This document shows positions 28,982-39,476 of a stretch of DNA of 64,000 bases, in pieces. A program made the translations under genes and the position numbers. The stretch is from positions 15,148-79,147 of the forward strand of contig CAJWWC010000005.1 in assembly GCA_913048435.1 (NCBI GenBank), in the 5' to 3' direction. The stretch is from an uncultured Flavobacteriales bacterium (GTDB lineage Bacteria; Bacteroidota; Bacteroidia; Flavobacteriales; UBA7312). Numbering within the stretch: position 1 is the stretch's first letter; every line of letters begins with the position of its first letter. The notes under the pieces are model-generated. The model saw nothing but the letters and a program-made list of their open reading frames with translations, had not been told where the DNA came from and ran no database searches.

Positions 28982-29668
28982 ATGAAAAAGTATAAAGGTT
29001 TATTAGCCATTTTAATTCTTCTTTTGCCTACTGCTATCTATATTTTCTTGACCTATGGCAAACACAATTTTACTCATTTACCTTACGTGGGTCCTAAGAC
29101 CGACTCCACTTTCCATATCATTCCATATTTCACTTTTGTAAATCAGTTTAATGATACAATTAGTCAATCTGATTACGAAGGAAATATCTATCTATCGAAT
29201 TTTATTTTTACTTCTTGTCCTACTATATGTCCAGTAATGACATACAATATGCGTCGAGTACAGCAAAAGATGGCGCAATACCCAAATTTTAAAATACTTT
29301 CACATACTGTTTTTCCTGAATACGATACGCCTGAGGTGCTATTAGAATACGCTAAAAAGATGGAAGCAGATTTATCCAATTGGAATTTCGTAACAGGAAA
29401 CAGAGCAGATATTTATTCTATTGCCAATGATTATTTTGTTAATGTAATGGAAGATAGTTCAGCTCCAGGCGGTTTTCTTCATTCCGAATACTTTGTGTTG
29501 GTTGATAAAGAGGGGCGTATAAGAGCTAGAGATGACGATAATGGTAACAACATAGGTGTTTATGATGGCACTGATGATTACGAAGTCGGACTATTGATTG
29601 ATGACATTAAGGTTTTGATGGCAGAATATAATTTAGCGAAGAAAAACAGTGATGAATCAAAAAGATAA
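28982..29668 (+). CDS. SCO1/SenC copper chaperone
   Basis: N-terminal anchor, thioredoxin fold with FTSCPTICP (CxxxC), and the conserved downstream H (FLHSEYFVLVD). Confidence 0.85.
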   Translation: MKKYKGLLAILILLLPTAIYIFLTYGKHNFTHLPYVGPKTDSTFHIIPYFTFVNQFNDTISQSDYEGNIYLSNFIFTSCPTICPVMTYNMRRVQQKMAQYPNFKILSHTVFPEYDTPEVLLEYAKKMEADLSNWNFVTGNRADIYSIANDYFVNVMEDSSAPGGFLHSEYFVLVDKEGRIRARDDDNGNNIGVYDGTDDYEVGLLIDDIKVLMAEYNLAKKNSDESKR

Positions 29669-30188
29669 ATTTTATATCCCATTGATAATAGCATTATCAG
29701 TTATTATTCCTTTAGCGGTTGCGGGATTAATGTTATTACCTGATGATTTACGTCTTTCTTTTGGTGGTGCTGATTTACGTTCTTTACCATTTTTTCATGC
29801 TGTTTTGAATGGCTCAACTGCTGTTTTGTTATTCGTAGGTTTTGTTTGGATTAAGAATAAAAAAATTGCCTTACATCGAATTTCTATGCTTAGTGCATTT
29901 ATCTTATCAGCAATATTTTTAGTCTCTTATGTAATTTCAAAATTATCCAATGCACCAACATCTTATGGCGGTGAGGGTTGGTTAAGACCAACTTATTTTT
30001 TTATACTTGTATCTCACATTTTACTTTCTATTCCTGTACTTCCCTTAGCATTATTGGCAATTTATAGAGGGATAACTGGGGAATTCCAAAAGCACATAAA
30101 AATAGTTAAATGGACATTTCCTATATGGATGTATGTAGCTATTACTGGTGTACTAGTTTATATTTTTATGATTCCATATTATGCTTAA
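29649..30188 (+). CDS. DUF420 membrane protein (CtaM-like oxidase assembly factor)
   Basis: 179 aa, four to five TM helices, typical position after SCO1 in Bacteroidota oxidase operons. Confidence 0.65.
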   Translation: MMNQKDKFYIPLIIALSVIIPLAVAGLMLLPDDLRLSFGGADLRSLPFFHAVLNGSTAVLLFVGFVWIKNKKIALHRISMLSAFILSAIFLVSYVISKLSNAPTSYGGEGWLRPTYFFILVSHILLSIPVLPLALLAIYRGITGEFQKHIKIVKWTFPIWMYVAITGVLVYIFMIPYYA

Positions 30189-30198
30189 ATTTGTACTC

Positions 30199-30423
30199 AT
30201 GAAACAACTTGCGCTCATTATATTATTTTTAGTAAATCTTTTTAAGCAGGCTTCTGCCCAATGTGCCATGTGTAAATCGGTCGTAGAAAGCAATATTGAT
30301 GGAGGTAGTTCTATAGGTTCAGGCTTAAACGATGGTATATTGTATCTAATGGCTATGCCGTATTTGGCTTTGGCAATAGTCGCTTTTGCGTGGGTACGAT
30401 ATAATAAACGACTCAAAGCATAG
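30199..30423 (+). CDS. Small exported protein with a CxxC motif and a C-terminal TM anchor
   Basis: Starting at the internal ATG gives MKQLALIILFLVNLFKQASA / QCAMCKSVVESNIDGG...LMAMPYLALAIVAFAWVRYNKRLKA. It is co-oriented with DUF420 and follows it directly. Confidence 0.5.
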   Translation: MKQLALIILFLVNLFKQASAQCAMCKSVVESNIDGGSSIGSGLNDGILYLMAMPYLALAIVAFAWVRYNKRLKA

Positions 30424-30449
30424 TTGACCAATTAACTATCTTTGATGGT

Positions 30450-31805
30450 ATGAAAAAAAATCTAATTTTTATTTGTTTTGTTTTTGTTGCGTTTAGTATT
30501 TTCGCTCAAAGTCAATGGACCCTGGAGGATTGTTTGCTCTATGCCAAAGAAAATAATATTACAATTAAAAAGGCCTTTCTTAATTCTAAAATTTCTAAAC
30601 AAAATCACTTTCAATCTATAATGATTTTATTTCCTAGCTTGAATAGTAGTTTTTCTGATAACACTAATTTTGGACGTAACATAGATCCAGTAACCAATGA
30701 AATAACCATAGATAGAGTACGAAATAATAATTTTACTTTAAGTTCATCAGTAACACTTTTTAATGGTTTTCAGAATATCAATAACATAAAAAAAAATAAT
30801 TATGATTATTTATCATCGAAATACGATGCCGAAAAAATAGCTAACGAAATATCTGTTAATATTGTAACAGCCTATTTACAGTTGTTATATAATAAGGATT
30901 TGGTTGATGTGAGTCAGAAAAAAGTTGATGTCTCAGTATTGCAAGTAGAACGTATTTCCAAAATGGTACAAGTGGGAAATTTACCTAATGGTGATTTACT
31001 AAATGCCGAATCCCAAAAAGCCCAAGAAGAGCTGCAATTAATAAATGCTCAAAATCAAAGAAGCATCGCCAAATTGAATTTAATGCAGCTGTTAGATTTA
31101 TCAGTTTCCGAACCCTTTGAAATAATTCCCTTGGAAGTTGAGATTGATGAATATTTTAATATTATTGACAATCAAGATGTATACAATCTTGCTTTAGAAA
31201 ATTTACCTGATGTAAAAAGTGCAGAAACCAAGCTAAAAAGCTCAGAACGAAATTTAGCTATATCTAAAGGAACAAGAAGTCCACGTTTGAATCTATTTGC
31301 TAGTGTAGGAACCTTGTATTCTGATGCTAACAAAAACTTTATTTACGACTCACTAGCAGCTACACCAATTTCTCAAGACTATTCTTTTGAAGACCAATTT
31401 AATGATAACGTAAGTCAGACCATCAGTTTGAGTTTGAGTATTCCTATTTTTAATAGCTGGCAAGCCAATTCATCCATTAGTCTCGCAAGGATAGGTGTTT
31501 TACAAGCCCAATATAGTTTACAAGAAGCTAAAAATAATTTAAGAAAAATAATTGAACAGGCCCAGAATGATGTACGTTCTGCACAAAAAAAATTTATAGC
31601 TAGCAAAAAGTCTGTAGCATATCAAAAAGAGTCATTTCAATATATTCAGAACAAGTTCGACTTACAATTAGTCAATTCTTACGATTATAACAACGCGAAA
31701 AATACACTTTTCAAAGCTGAAGCCGACTTGTTACAGTCCAAATATGATTTCTTATTTAAAACTAAGATGTTGGACTTTTACATGGGTAAACCTCTAATAT
31801 TTTAA
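30450..31805 (+). CDS. TolC-family outer membrane efflux protein
   Basis: Signal peptide, two repeated coiled-coil/barrel halves, 451 aa. Confidence 0.85.
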   Translation: MKKNLIFICFVFVAFSIFAQSQWTLEDCLLYAKENNITIKKAFLNSKISKQNHFQSIMILFPSLNSSFSDNTNFGRNIDPVTNEITIDRVRNNNFTLSSSVTLFNGFQNINNIKKNNYDYLSSKYDAEKIANEISVNIVTAYLQLLYNKDLVDVSQKKVDVSVLQVERISKMVQVGNLPNGDLLNAESQKAQEELQLINAQNQRSIAKLNLMQLLDLSVSEPFEIIPLEVEIDEYFNIIDNQDVYNLALENLPDVKSAETKLKSSERNLAISKGTRSPRLNLFASVGTLYSDANKNFIYDSLAATPISQDYSFEDQFNDNVSQTISLSLSIPIFNSWQANSSISLARIGVLQAQYSLQEAKNNLRKIIEQAQNDVRSAQKKFIASKKSVAYQKESFQYIQNKFDLQLVNSYDYNNAKNTLFKAEADLLQSKYDFLFKTKMLDFYMGKPLIF

Positions 31806-31808
31806 TTT

Positions 31809-33095
31809 ATGATAGTATTTTTTATTTTCATTTTAGTTGGCATCGTTTTATTCTATTTAGCTAGAAAAAAAGAAAATCATTTGATGCGAATTTTTGGCTT
31901 ATTGTTATTTGCATTGGGATTAATACTTGTTATTGCTAAATGGGCAGGTTGGATATCATCTGATGACGGTATTAACGTACAGGTCACTAATGTTCAAAAG
32001 AGAAATATAGTTCAAACTGTTTCCGCTAGTGGTAAGATTCAGCCTGAAGTAGAAGTTAAGATTTCACCGGATGTTTCAGGTGAGATTGTGCAGCTTTTCA
32101 TTATAGAAGGTGACAAAGTATCAAAGGGCGATTTATTGTTAAAAATAAAGCCTGATACATATCAATCTATTTTGGAACGAAGTCAAGCTTCATTGAACAC
32201 TTCTAAATCAGCACTTGCCAAAGCCCAAGCTCAATTAGTAGAAAGTAAAGCTAACTTCAATAGAAACAAAACACTATTTAATAATGGTACAATTTCTAAA
32301 TCGGAATTTGAAAAAATAGAGGCTTCACATACAGTAGCTCAGTTAAATGTTGAAGATGGAGAATATGCAGTTATTAGCGCTCAAGCTTCATTAAGAGAAG
32401 CAAAAGAAAATTTGAATAAGACTAATATATATGCTCCTATTGATGGTACAATTTCACGCTTAAATGTAGAGTTAGGTGAGCGAGTAGTAGGAACAGCTCA
32501 AATGGCAGGAACAGAATTATTACGTATAGCAAATCTTAAACTTATGGAGGTAGCTGCAGAGGTAAATGAGAACGATATCAATAGTGTGAGTTTAGGAGAT
32601 ACAGCAATTATTGAAGTAGATGCTTTTTTGGGAGAAAAATTTAAAGGTTTAGTGTCTGAAATTGCAAATTCAGCTAATGTAATAGGCTCCAGCGCTGATC
32701 AAGTGACTAACTTTGAAGTTAAAGTAAGGATAATTGATTCTGTCAGTTTTAGACCGGGTATGACAGCTACTGTGGACATACAGTCTGAACGTAAAAAAGA
32801 TGTATTTTCTTTGCCCATACAAGCCGTAACAACTCGAAAAGATACAGCTGGAGGAGACGATAAGCTGGAATGTGTGTTTGAAGTACAAGGTGCTATTGTT
32901 AAGATGGTAGCAGTTAAAACGGGGATTCAAGATGATGAATACATTCAGATACTTTCGGGTGTTTACGATAGTATGCCTGTTGTCATGGGTCCGTACAGTG
33001 TAGTTTCACGATTACTCAATGACGGTTCATTTATCGTCAATGATGAGTCATCTTCCAAAGGCTTAGGCATTTTATTTTCAGTAAGAACCAACTAA
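31809..33095 (+). CDS. HlyD/MacA-type periplasmic adaptor subunit
   Basis: N-terminal TM helix, lipoyl-like hairpin (GEIVQLFIIEGDKVSKGDLL), a long coiled coil, and IYAPIDGTISRLNVELGERV. Confidence 0.85.
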   Translation: MIVFFIFILVGIVLFYLARKKENHLMRIFGLLLFALGLILVIAKWAGWISSDDGINVQVTNVQKRNIVQTVSASGKIQPEVEVKISPDVSGEIVQLFIIEGDKVSKGDLLLKIKPDTYQSILERSQASLNTSKSALAKAQAQLVESKANFNRNKTLFNNGTISKSEFEKIEASHTVAQLNVEDGEYAVISAQASLREAKENLNKTNIYAPIDGTISRLNVELGERVVGTAQMAGTELLRIANLKLMEVAAEVNENDINSVSLGDTAIIEVDAFLGEKFKGLVSEIANSANVIGSSADQVTNFEVKVRIIDSVSFRPGMTATVDIQSERKKDVFSLPIQAVTTRKDTAGGDDKLECVFEVQGAIVKMVAVKTGIQDDEYIQILSGVYDSMPVVMGPYSVVSRLLNDGSFIVNDESSSKGLGILFSVRTN

Positions 33096-33096
33096 T

Positions 33097-33765
33097 ATGG
33101 CTTGTATATTATGCATAGAAACATCTACTAAAAGCTGTTCGGTAGCTTTTACCACTGATGGTCACTTAGTGGCTGTCAAAGAAGAGATTTCAGAACACTA
33201 TTCTCATTCCGAACAACTCACTGTATTTATAGGTCAACTCTTACAACAAGAGGAGCTCAAGGTATCGGATTTGGATGCCATCGCTGTAAGTTCAGGACCG
33301 GGCTCATATACTGGACTACGTATAGGCGTATCAACTGCTAAGGGTTTATGTTATGCTGGTGATGTTCCTTTGATATCTGTATCCACTTTGGATGCTATGG
33401 CTCAAGCTATGAAAGACAAGTTTCCTGAGACACAATTGTGCCCCATGCTCGATGCTAGGCGTATGGAAGTTTATTGTAAGCTTTATTCTAAATCACAAGT
33501 AAGTCCAGTAGTGGCAAAAATTATAAATCAGGATTCTTTCAAGTTGGAACTAGAAAAAGGACCAGTATTATTTTTTGGTAATGGTGCAGACAAATGCCAA
33601 GGTGTGTTAACTCACACTAATGCTTATTTTGAATTAGGCGTTTTTCCTTCGGCAACAAATATGATTCCTTTAGCGTACAAAAAATTTCAAAACCAAGACT
33701 TTGAAGATGTAGCCTATTTTGAGCCTTTTTATCTTAAGGACTTTGTGTCTGGTTCGAAGAAGTAA
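33097..33765 (+). CDS. tsaB: tRNA t6A biosynthesis protein TsaB
   Basis: ILCIETSTKSCSVAF start and GPGSYTGLRIGVSTAKGL motif. Confidence 0.9.
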   Translation: MACILCIETSTKSCSVAFTTDGHLVAVKEEISEHYSHSEQLTVFIGQLLQQEELKVSDLDAIAVSSGPGSYTGLRIGVSTAKGLCYAGDVPLISVSTLDAMAQAMKDKFPETQLCPMLDARRMEVYCKLYSKSQVSPVVAKIINQDSFKLELEKGPVLFFGNGADKCQGVLTHTNAYFELGVFPSATNMIPLAYKKFQNQDFEDVAYFEPFYLKDFVSGSKK

Positions 33766-33841
33766 ACATCTTTGATGACAACTCATCTCCTTTCCTCTTT
33801 ATTAGCGTAAATTCTTTTAATATACTTTTTTTAATACCCAA

Positions 33842-33866
33842 TTGAAAGGAGAAGCTTTCCTTTCAA
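33842..33866 (+). terminator. 9-bp stem hairpin downstream of tsaB (no clear U-tract)
   Basis: TTGAAAGGA-gaagctt-TCCTTTCAA. Confidence 0.3.
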
Positions 33867-33911
33867 AAACAATGGTCTTTTTACATCACTTTTTATTTAA
33901 TTTTGTACTGA

Positions 33912-34277
33912 ATGAATTCATTCATTATCTATATCGATTCTTGGTGTCCGATGTGCATACGTTTTGGGGCTTGGCTCAAGTGTTTAGATATTTTTAATGG
34001 TATCCGTCAAGCCGATATACGCACCTATAAGGGCACAGTTATTTCCAAAGAAAAAGGTTTAACAGAACTTGCTTCAATTAATAGACAATCTCGTGTCTAC
34101 TATGGTTACGATAGTATCTTACAAATTGTAGTTAGATTACCTCTATTATGGGTGTTTGTTCCTTTCTTCTATATTTTAAAAGTGAGTAGGCTAGGGCATT
34201 GGGCTTATAAGGAATTGGCTGTTAAGCGTCAGATTATTCCTTTACATTGTAAAGAAAAAGACTGCCGCCCTAATTAG
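33912..34277 (+). CDS. DCC-family (DUF393) thiol-disulfide oxidoreductase
   Basis: N-terminal IYIDSWCPMC motif (DxxCxxC), 121 aa. Confidence 0.7.
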   Translation: MNSFIIYIDSWCPMCIRFGAWLKCLDIFNGIRQADIRTYKGTVISKEKGLTELASINRQSRVYYGYDSILQIVVRLPLLWVFVPFFYILKVSRLGHWAYKELAVKRQIIPLHCKEKDCRPN

Positions 34278-34767
34278 TGTTTTGTGCTTTTTTCATAGCC
34301 TTTGCTAGGGTTTGATGCTTTTGACTACCAAATAAGACCTTTCTTCCGTTGGTCAATTCAATTTGCAATCCTTTATTCCCACTAACGTTGTATGCCTTAC
34401 TGTCAAAACCAAATCGTATACCCCAACCTCCAAACTCCTTCATTGGAGAGTAAGTACGGGCTTTATAGTTTTTGATATCTTCAAAGGCAATCAATCGTTC
34501 TTTGATATGTATGGGAAAAAACTGATAGTGCAATCCTTCAGAGCTAACTCTTAGCTTAAGCTTCATAAACCAAAATAATACCGGCAACCCTAAACCAATA
34601 ATTAGGGAAAAGGTAATTATACCCTCATCACTAAGGGGTTTATCGCCAATAATATTACCCATTATAACTTGTTGGTAGATGCCGTACAATGAAAATGCTG
34701 GAAAAAAAAGGATAACTAACCAAAGTAGTTTTTGTCTAAAATATTGTTCCTCTTTGAAGTAATTCAT
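34270..34767 (-). CDS. Membrane protein: two N-terminal TM helices plus a C-terminal soluble domain of unknown function
   Basis: 165 aa. Its start overlaps the stop of the upstream DUF255 gene by 4 nt. Confidence 0.5.
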   Translation of the reverse strand: MNYFKEEQYFRQKLLWLVILFFPAFSLYGIYQQVIMGNIIGDKPLSDEGIITFSLIIGLGLPVLFWFMKLKLRVSSEGLHYQFFPIHIKERLIAFEDIKNYKARTYSPMKEFGGWGIRFGFDSKAYNVSGNKGLQIELTNGRKVLFGSQKHQTLAKAMKKAQNTN

Positions 34768-36785
34768 TGCACTAAATTTAATACTTTTTCAAGTTCTGTA
34801 GTTGGTAACTGACAACTTTTGTTTTTGCAAATGTAGAAAGTTGTTTGTCCTTCTATCATTTTATTTTGTAACAAAGGTAATGTGCTTTCGGTCGTGCTGC
34901 CTAATAGCAAGGTGTTTGGGGCATAGTATTGTTTAAAGTCTAAGGCTTTTTCTAGGGCTTGATTTCCAACAATAGCTACTTCATAAAAAGGGGCTGTATA
35001 GTTTAGCATCAAGATAGCCCAATTGGAATAGCCTGAACCATAAGAGGGTATATCACTTTTGATATTGTTTAATTGCAGTTGTGCCATATTCAAATAGTCG
35101 CTATTGTTTAAAAGTTGTCCTAAAGTAAATAGGTTATTGGCCATAACGGAAGACGAGGCCGGCATAACATTATCATTAATTTCTATTTTACGAGCAATTA
35201 GGGGCGGATCTAAGTCTGAGGTGAAGAAAAACATACTATTCTGACTATTGTAAAAATGATCGAGGCAATAGTCTGTTAAGTGCTTAGCCTTGTCTAGCCA
35301 TTGCTCATCAAAGGTCGCTTCATACAATCTTATGAACGCCGAAATGGTTAAGGCATAGTCTTCTAAAAAACCATTAATTGAAGACTGTCCGTTTTTGTAA
35401 CTGTGCCACATTCTATAGTCACTTTGACATTGTTTGTCGATAATAAAGCGGGCGTTTTTTATAGCGCAGTGTAAATAGTATTTATTTCCAAAAGCTAAGT
35501 AGGCATCGGAATAGGCTTGGCACATTAGGGCATTCCAAGAGGTTAATAATTTATCGTCTAAAGCTGGGCTTGTGCGTTGTTCTCTTTCTTCTAACAATTG
35601 GCTTTGCCATACTTTGACTTTTTTCTGCAGAACGCTTAGCTCTAGATTTTCTTTTTTACAAAAGTCGGTATCGCTTTGATCTTTGATTAAGATATAATTG
35701 CCTTTTTCCCAAAAGCCCTTATGGTTGATGTTGTAGTATTTAGAAAACAGAGGATAGTCTTGCCCCAAAAGCCTCTTTAGTTCTTCTTTTTTCCAGACGT
35801 AAAACTTACCTTCAACTCCTTCGCTATCGGCATCTAGAGCTGAATAGAAAGCGCCATTATCATGCCTCAACTCCCTTTCAATAAAGGTTAAAGTTTGTTT
35901 TACAATTTCCTTATACAATTCTTTACCGTAACATGTGTATGCTTCACTGTATAAACTTACCAATTGAGCGTTGTCGTACAGCATCTTTTCAAAATGAGGC
36001 ACTTTCCATAGTTTATCTGTAGAATAACGGGCAAAGCCACCGCCCACTTGGTCGTATATACCACCACAAGCCATTTTATCTAGTGTTAGCTGAACGTAAT
36101 CACTTAGTTTATTATCTTTTTTGAGATGCGCATAGCGCATCAAAAAAAGTAAGTTATTAGGAATAGGAAATTTAGGTGCTCGCTTAGGACCTCCATTTTT
36201 TTTGTCGAATTGTTTGCTCCAAGTTTCGAGAGTTTTTTCTAAATCCTGCCAACTGAATTTGGGCTTTTCTTTATTGTAGCTGACTAGCTCCGACTGTTGT
36301 ATACCTTTAGCTAACTTTTGGGCATAGTCCAGCATTTTTTGTGGACGTTGGTCGTAAAAATTGGCGACATGATTAATCTGTTCTATCCATTGTTTTTTAG
36401 TAAAGTAGGTGCCTCCCCAAACTGGTTTGCCATCGGGCAAGGCAATGCAATTGAGTGGCCAGCCTCCACGTTGTTGCATTAGTTGAACAGCATTCATATA
36501 AACTTGGTCAACGTCTGGGCGTTCTTCTCTGTCGACTTTGATATTAATGAAACGCTCGTTCATGACTAGTGCCACTTGTTCATTTTCAAAACTTTCGTAC
36601 TCCATAACGTGACACCAATGACAAGCCGAATAACCGATGCTTATGATAAGAAGTTTACCTTCTTCTTTAGCTTTGACTAGTGTTTGTTCATTCCAAGGAT
36701 ACCAATCTACAGGGTTATGGGCGTGTTGTAATAAATAGGGACTACTCTCATTGATGAGAGCGTTGGTATGTTTAGGTTCGTTCAT
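34764..36785 (-). CDS. Thioredoxin-domain protein of the DUF255/YyaL family (thioredoxin fold plus a six-hairpin glycosidase-like domain)
   Basis: [31 protein letters not shown], 673 aa. Confidence 0.85.
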   Translation of the reverse strand: MNEPKHTNALINESSPYLLQHAHNPVDWYPWNEQTLVKAKEEGKLLIISIGYSACHWCHVMEYESFENEQVALVMNERFINIKVDREERPDVDQVYMNAVQLMQQRGGWPLNCIALPDGKPVWGGTYFTKKQWIEQINHVANFYDQRPQKMLDYAQKLAKGIQQSELVSYNKEKPKFSWQDLEKTLETWSKQFDKKNGGPKRAPKFPIPNNLLFLMRYAHLKKDNKLSDYVQLTLDKMACGGIYDQVGGGFARYSTDKLWKVPHFEKMLYDNAQLVSLYSEAYTCYGKELYKEIVKQTLTFIERELRHDNGAFYSALDADSEGVEGKFYVWKKEELKRLLGQDYPLFSKYYNINHKGFWEKGNYILIKDQSDTDFCKKENLELSVLQKKVKVWQSQLLEEREQRTSPALDDKLLTSWNALMCQAYSDAYLAFGNKYYLHCAIKNARFIIDKQCQSDYRMWHSYKNGQSSINGFLEDYALTISAFIRLYEATFDEQWLDKAKHLTDYCLDHFYNSQNSMFFFTSDLDPPLIARKIEINDNVMPASSSVMANNLFTLGQLLNNSDYLNMAQLQLNNIKSDIPSYGSGYSNWAILMLNYTAPFYEVAIVGNQALEKALDFKQYYAPNTLLLGSTTESTLPLLQNKMIEGQTTFYICKNKSCQLPTTELEKVLNLVQ

Positions 36786-36809
36786 TTCAGTCGTTAGTCA
36801 AATGCAAAA

Positions 36810-37253
36810 CTATTTGTAGATAGTTAAGGGCGATGATGTTATGAGATTACTGCTATTACCTGCTCTGTCAACGGCGTAAATATCAAAAGTGACTTCTTGC
36901 TCGTTGCTTCCGTCTGTTATGGAGATGGTATTCAAGACAATGTCTAAAGTGCCAATGATTGCAATATCTGCCCCTTGTGGTGCTAACTCTTTAATACGAT
37001 ATTCGTAGGTAATACCGTTTCGCAGGTCTTGTAAAAATAGATTTTTTACGTCGGAGTCATTTTCTCCCAAATCGCCATCTCCATCTTGATAAGAGATGCT
37101 AAAGGTAATGGGTCCTCCAAATTCTTGAACAGAGGAGGGGGATATGCTTTCAAAAGTTAGTTGAGGAACAATAGATAAACTATCCTCATCTTTTTTACAC
37201 GAGTAAAATACTAAAATGACTAAAAGTAATGCTACTGAACGACAAATGACCAT
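36810..37253 (-). CDS. Small lipoprotein, beta-sandwich-like, unknown function
   Basis: Lipobox LVFYSC followed by KKDEDS, 147 aa. It overlaps the upstream gene by 22 nt. Confidence 0.6.
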   Translation of the reverse strand: MVICRSVALLLVILVFYSCKKDEDSLSIVPQLTFESISPSSVQEFGGPITFSISYQDGDGDLGENDSDVKNLFLQDLRNGITYEYRIKELAPQGADIAIIGTLDIVLNTISITDGSNEQEVTFDIYAVDRAGNSSNLITSSPLTIYK

Positions 37254-38158
37254 AGGGATTTGATATAGATTTCACTTTCATTTTCGGGGTGCTTTGACAT
37301 TTGAGGGTTCTCGTCTTTTGTGTGGTATCTCATAAAATATTGCTGGTTGCTAGAGAAGACAGAAGAATTTATGCTGATAATAAAGGGATAACCGTATTGT
37401 TCGCTATCTATACATACAGCTTGAAATTCTTGAGCTTGTGAAAAATCATTGATGTCAGTAGACACAAAAAGTTTGTTGTAATGTAAGTTGAGGTTGTGTG
37501 TGGTATCGTCATCAACATCTATTATGATATTTAAGTCAGTACTATCTGGAATGATAAATGGATTATACCAAATGTCATCGACTTTATTGTCACTAAACAC
37601 CGTTTCGTAAGTGGTGTCGTATACGGCAAAATAATGAATATTTGGTAGGGCATTAGGTTCGTTGGCAACATTGGAAGATAAGTCTCTAGCCCCGTCCATT
37701 ATCCAACTTCCGATTTGGTCTATAGCTTCTTGAGGCATAGCTGTACCTATATTGTCTTGAGGCATTCTGTCGTTTTCATTAACAAAACAACAGTTAGTTA
37801 TGCGTTCCCATAATACTGAATTGGCTGTGTCGAAAGGAATTACTCTATATTCAAATTCTTGAGCTAAATTGTTTTTATTAATTCTGTGGTAAACTAGTGT
37901 AGAAAAGCTGCTTTGAGGTGTTCTGAAATCGGGCTCAAAAGAACCGTCGTGACAGCCAAGTACATTACAGTTTGGCTCAAAAACTTCTTCATGAGTTCTG
38001 GTTAAAGAATTTGGACTTGAACTGTTGTCGTTGATGTTGTTTACATCATAAATAATATCGGCATAGGGATTATAAGGTTGTACGTCTTTTTTACAACTTA
38101 TAAATATACAAAAGGTCAGTATGACTAAAGATAAAAGGTAATAATTAAATCGTATCAT
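37232..38158 (-). CDS. Lipoprotein with a Planctomycete-cytochrome-C-like (PSCyt-type) domain, motif CNVLGCH
   Basis: Lipobox IFISC followed by KKD. VFEPNCNVLGCHDG ... SVLWERIT ... RMPQDN ... AIDQIGSWIMDGA follows the PSCyt pattern (C..CH, S.L, MP, WI..GA) as I remember it. Confidence 0.55.
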   Translation of the reverse strand: MIRFNYYLLSLVILTFCIFISCKKDVQPYNPYADIIYDVNNINDNSSSPNSLTRTHEEVFEPNCNVLGCHDGSFEPDFRTPQSSFSTLVYHRINKNNLAQEFEYRVIPFDTANSVLWERITNCCFVNENDRMPQDNIGTAMPQEAIDQIGSWIMDGARDLSSNVANEPNALPNIHYFAVYDTTYETVFSDNKVDDIWYNPFIIPDSTDLNIIIDVDDDTTHNLNLHYNKLFVSTDINDFSQAQEFQAVCIDSEQYGYPFIISINSSVFSSNQQYFMRYHTKDENPQMSKHPENESEIYIKSLWSFVVQ

Positions 38159-39474
38159 CAGTTAAAAGCTTCGTTAAGTACATTACCATTTATTCTTCCA
38201 ATGGGAATATCGTTATCGAAACCTAGTATGTTAGCTACAGTAGGAACAATATCAATGGTTTCTTTTTCTGTATCAATGATAGAATTGGTATTGACAAAAC
38301 TATCGGTTTGATGCCCTAATACCATAGTAAATACATCTCTACTCATAGAATCACCTGTATGGTCAGTACCTTCTCGACCAAAAGCATCTACACGTCCATT
38401 AGTCTGTGAATTACGTCCATGTTCTGGTACAGCAATTAGGATGGTGTTTTCCATCCCCGCTGTAGTTTTTATAGTTTTCCATAAATGAGCAAGAGCATAG
38501 TCTGCACGCTTTAGATTTTTTAAATAATTTGTGGTATTTGAGTGAGCAGTATCAACGTTTTGCATGTTAACGACTAAAAGTTCTGGTTTAAATTCTTTGA
38601 TAATTTCTTCGGCAAAAAATATAGTTAACATATCGTTATTATAGACATTAATGCCTATGTTCCATGGGTCATTAAAAGCTCCTAAAGCGGTTTTTTCAAA
38701 GTTGTCTTGAATAAATGATTCTAGTAAAATTCTGTCTTCTATAGTATTGACAATACCTTCATTGTTGCTAAACACTCTACTAAAGTTTTCATCACAAAAA
38801 CCTCTTAATGCATTGATATTTTGATTGGTGTTTTGATTGTTGCCAAAAGCAAAATTTTCGGCAGAATAAATAGAGTCGTAACCAACATTCAAAAACCTTT
38901 GTGGCTGAATGTAGTTGGCACCATAAGCTGGGCCATAGCTAGGGTCAGTGCTGTAATTAAGTTGAGGATATGGACCTAATGAATTAGAAACCCACCAGGC
39001 GTTTAGTGCACTCATAGAAGGTGAGTTGTGTTTTCTATACAATTCGAACAAAGTCGGATATTGTGGATTAGAGTTTATGTTTAAATTGGTATCTGTATAA
39101 ACTCCAGTTAATAGAGTGGCGTGTCCGTTATAATGACCTGTTGGTCCATATTTCAGCTTAACATTGGAAAACAAAGTGCCCTGTTCTTGTAAAGTTTGTT
39201 CAGATGGTGTCCCAAGGATTTGCCCCACATCATCGCCAGCTAAATCTTCAGTGCTACCGTTAAAGGTGTAGGGCATTACATTGCCATAACTCCCATTGGC
39301 AAACAAATGAGATTCTAAACTTCTTACACCACCAGCGAATAAACAAACTACTACATGATTGGCTTTCCTAGCGCCAGTAGCAGCAAAAAGTCTACCTGAT
39401 GGTAAGATGTAAGGAGCGACTAATGTAGTTCCGGTGGTTAATCCCAATTTTTTTATGAATGTTCGCCTTTTCAT
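38158..39474 (-). CDS. Tat-exported DUF1501 family protein (alkaline phosphatase/sulfatase superfamily)
   Basis: Twin-arginine signal MKRRTFIKKLGLTTG, VVVCLFAGGVRSLES near the N-terminus, and GREGTDHTGDS near the C-terminus. Confidence 0.6.
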   Translation of the reverse strand: MKRRTFIKKLGLTTGTTLVAPYILPSGRLFAATGARKANHVVVCLFAGGVRSLESHLFANGSYGNVMPYTFNGSTEDLAGDDVGQILGTPSEQTLQEQGTLFSNVKLKYGPTGHYNGHATLLTGVYTDTNLNINSNPQYPTLFELYRKHNSPSMSALNAWWVSNSLGPYPQLNYSTDPSYGPAYGANYIQPQRFLNVGYDSIYSAENFAFGNNQNTNQNINALRGFCDENFSRVFSNNEGIVNTIEDRILLESFIQDNFEKTALGAFNDPWNIGINVYNNDMLTIFFAEEIIKEFKPELLVVNMQNVDTAHSNTTNYLKNLKRADYALAHLWKTIKTTAGMENTILIAVPEHGRNSQTNGRVDAFGREGTDHTGDSMSRDVFTMVLGHQTDSFVNTNSIIDTEKETIDIVPTVANILGFDNDIPIGRINGNVLNEAFN

Positions 39475-39476
39475 AA

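Noticed and set aside
30153-30431. 92-aa minus-strand ORF overlapping the small CxxC gene
   Set aside because: It runs opposite to a uniformly plus-strand operon and has no signal or TM logic. The plus-strand reading gives a clean signal peptide plus a C-terminal anchor. This remains a judgement call.
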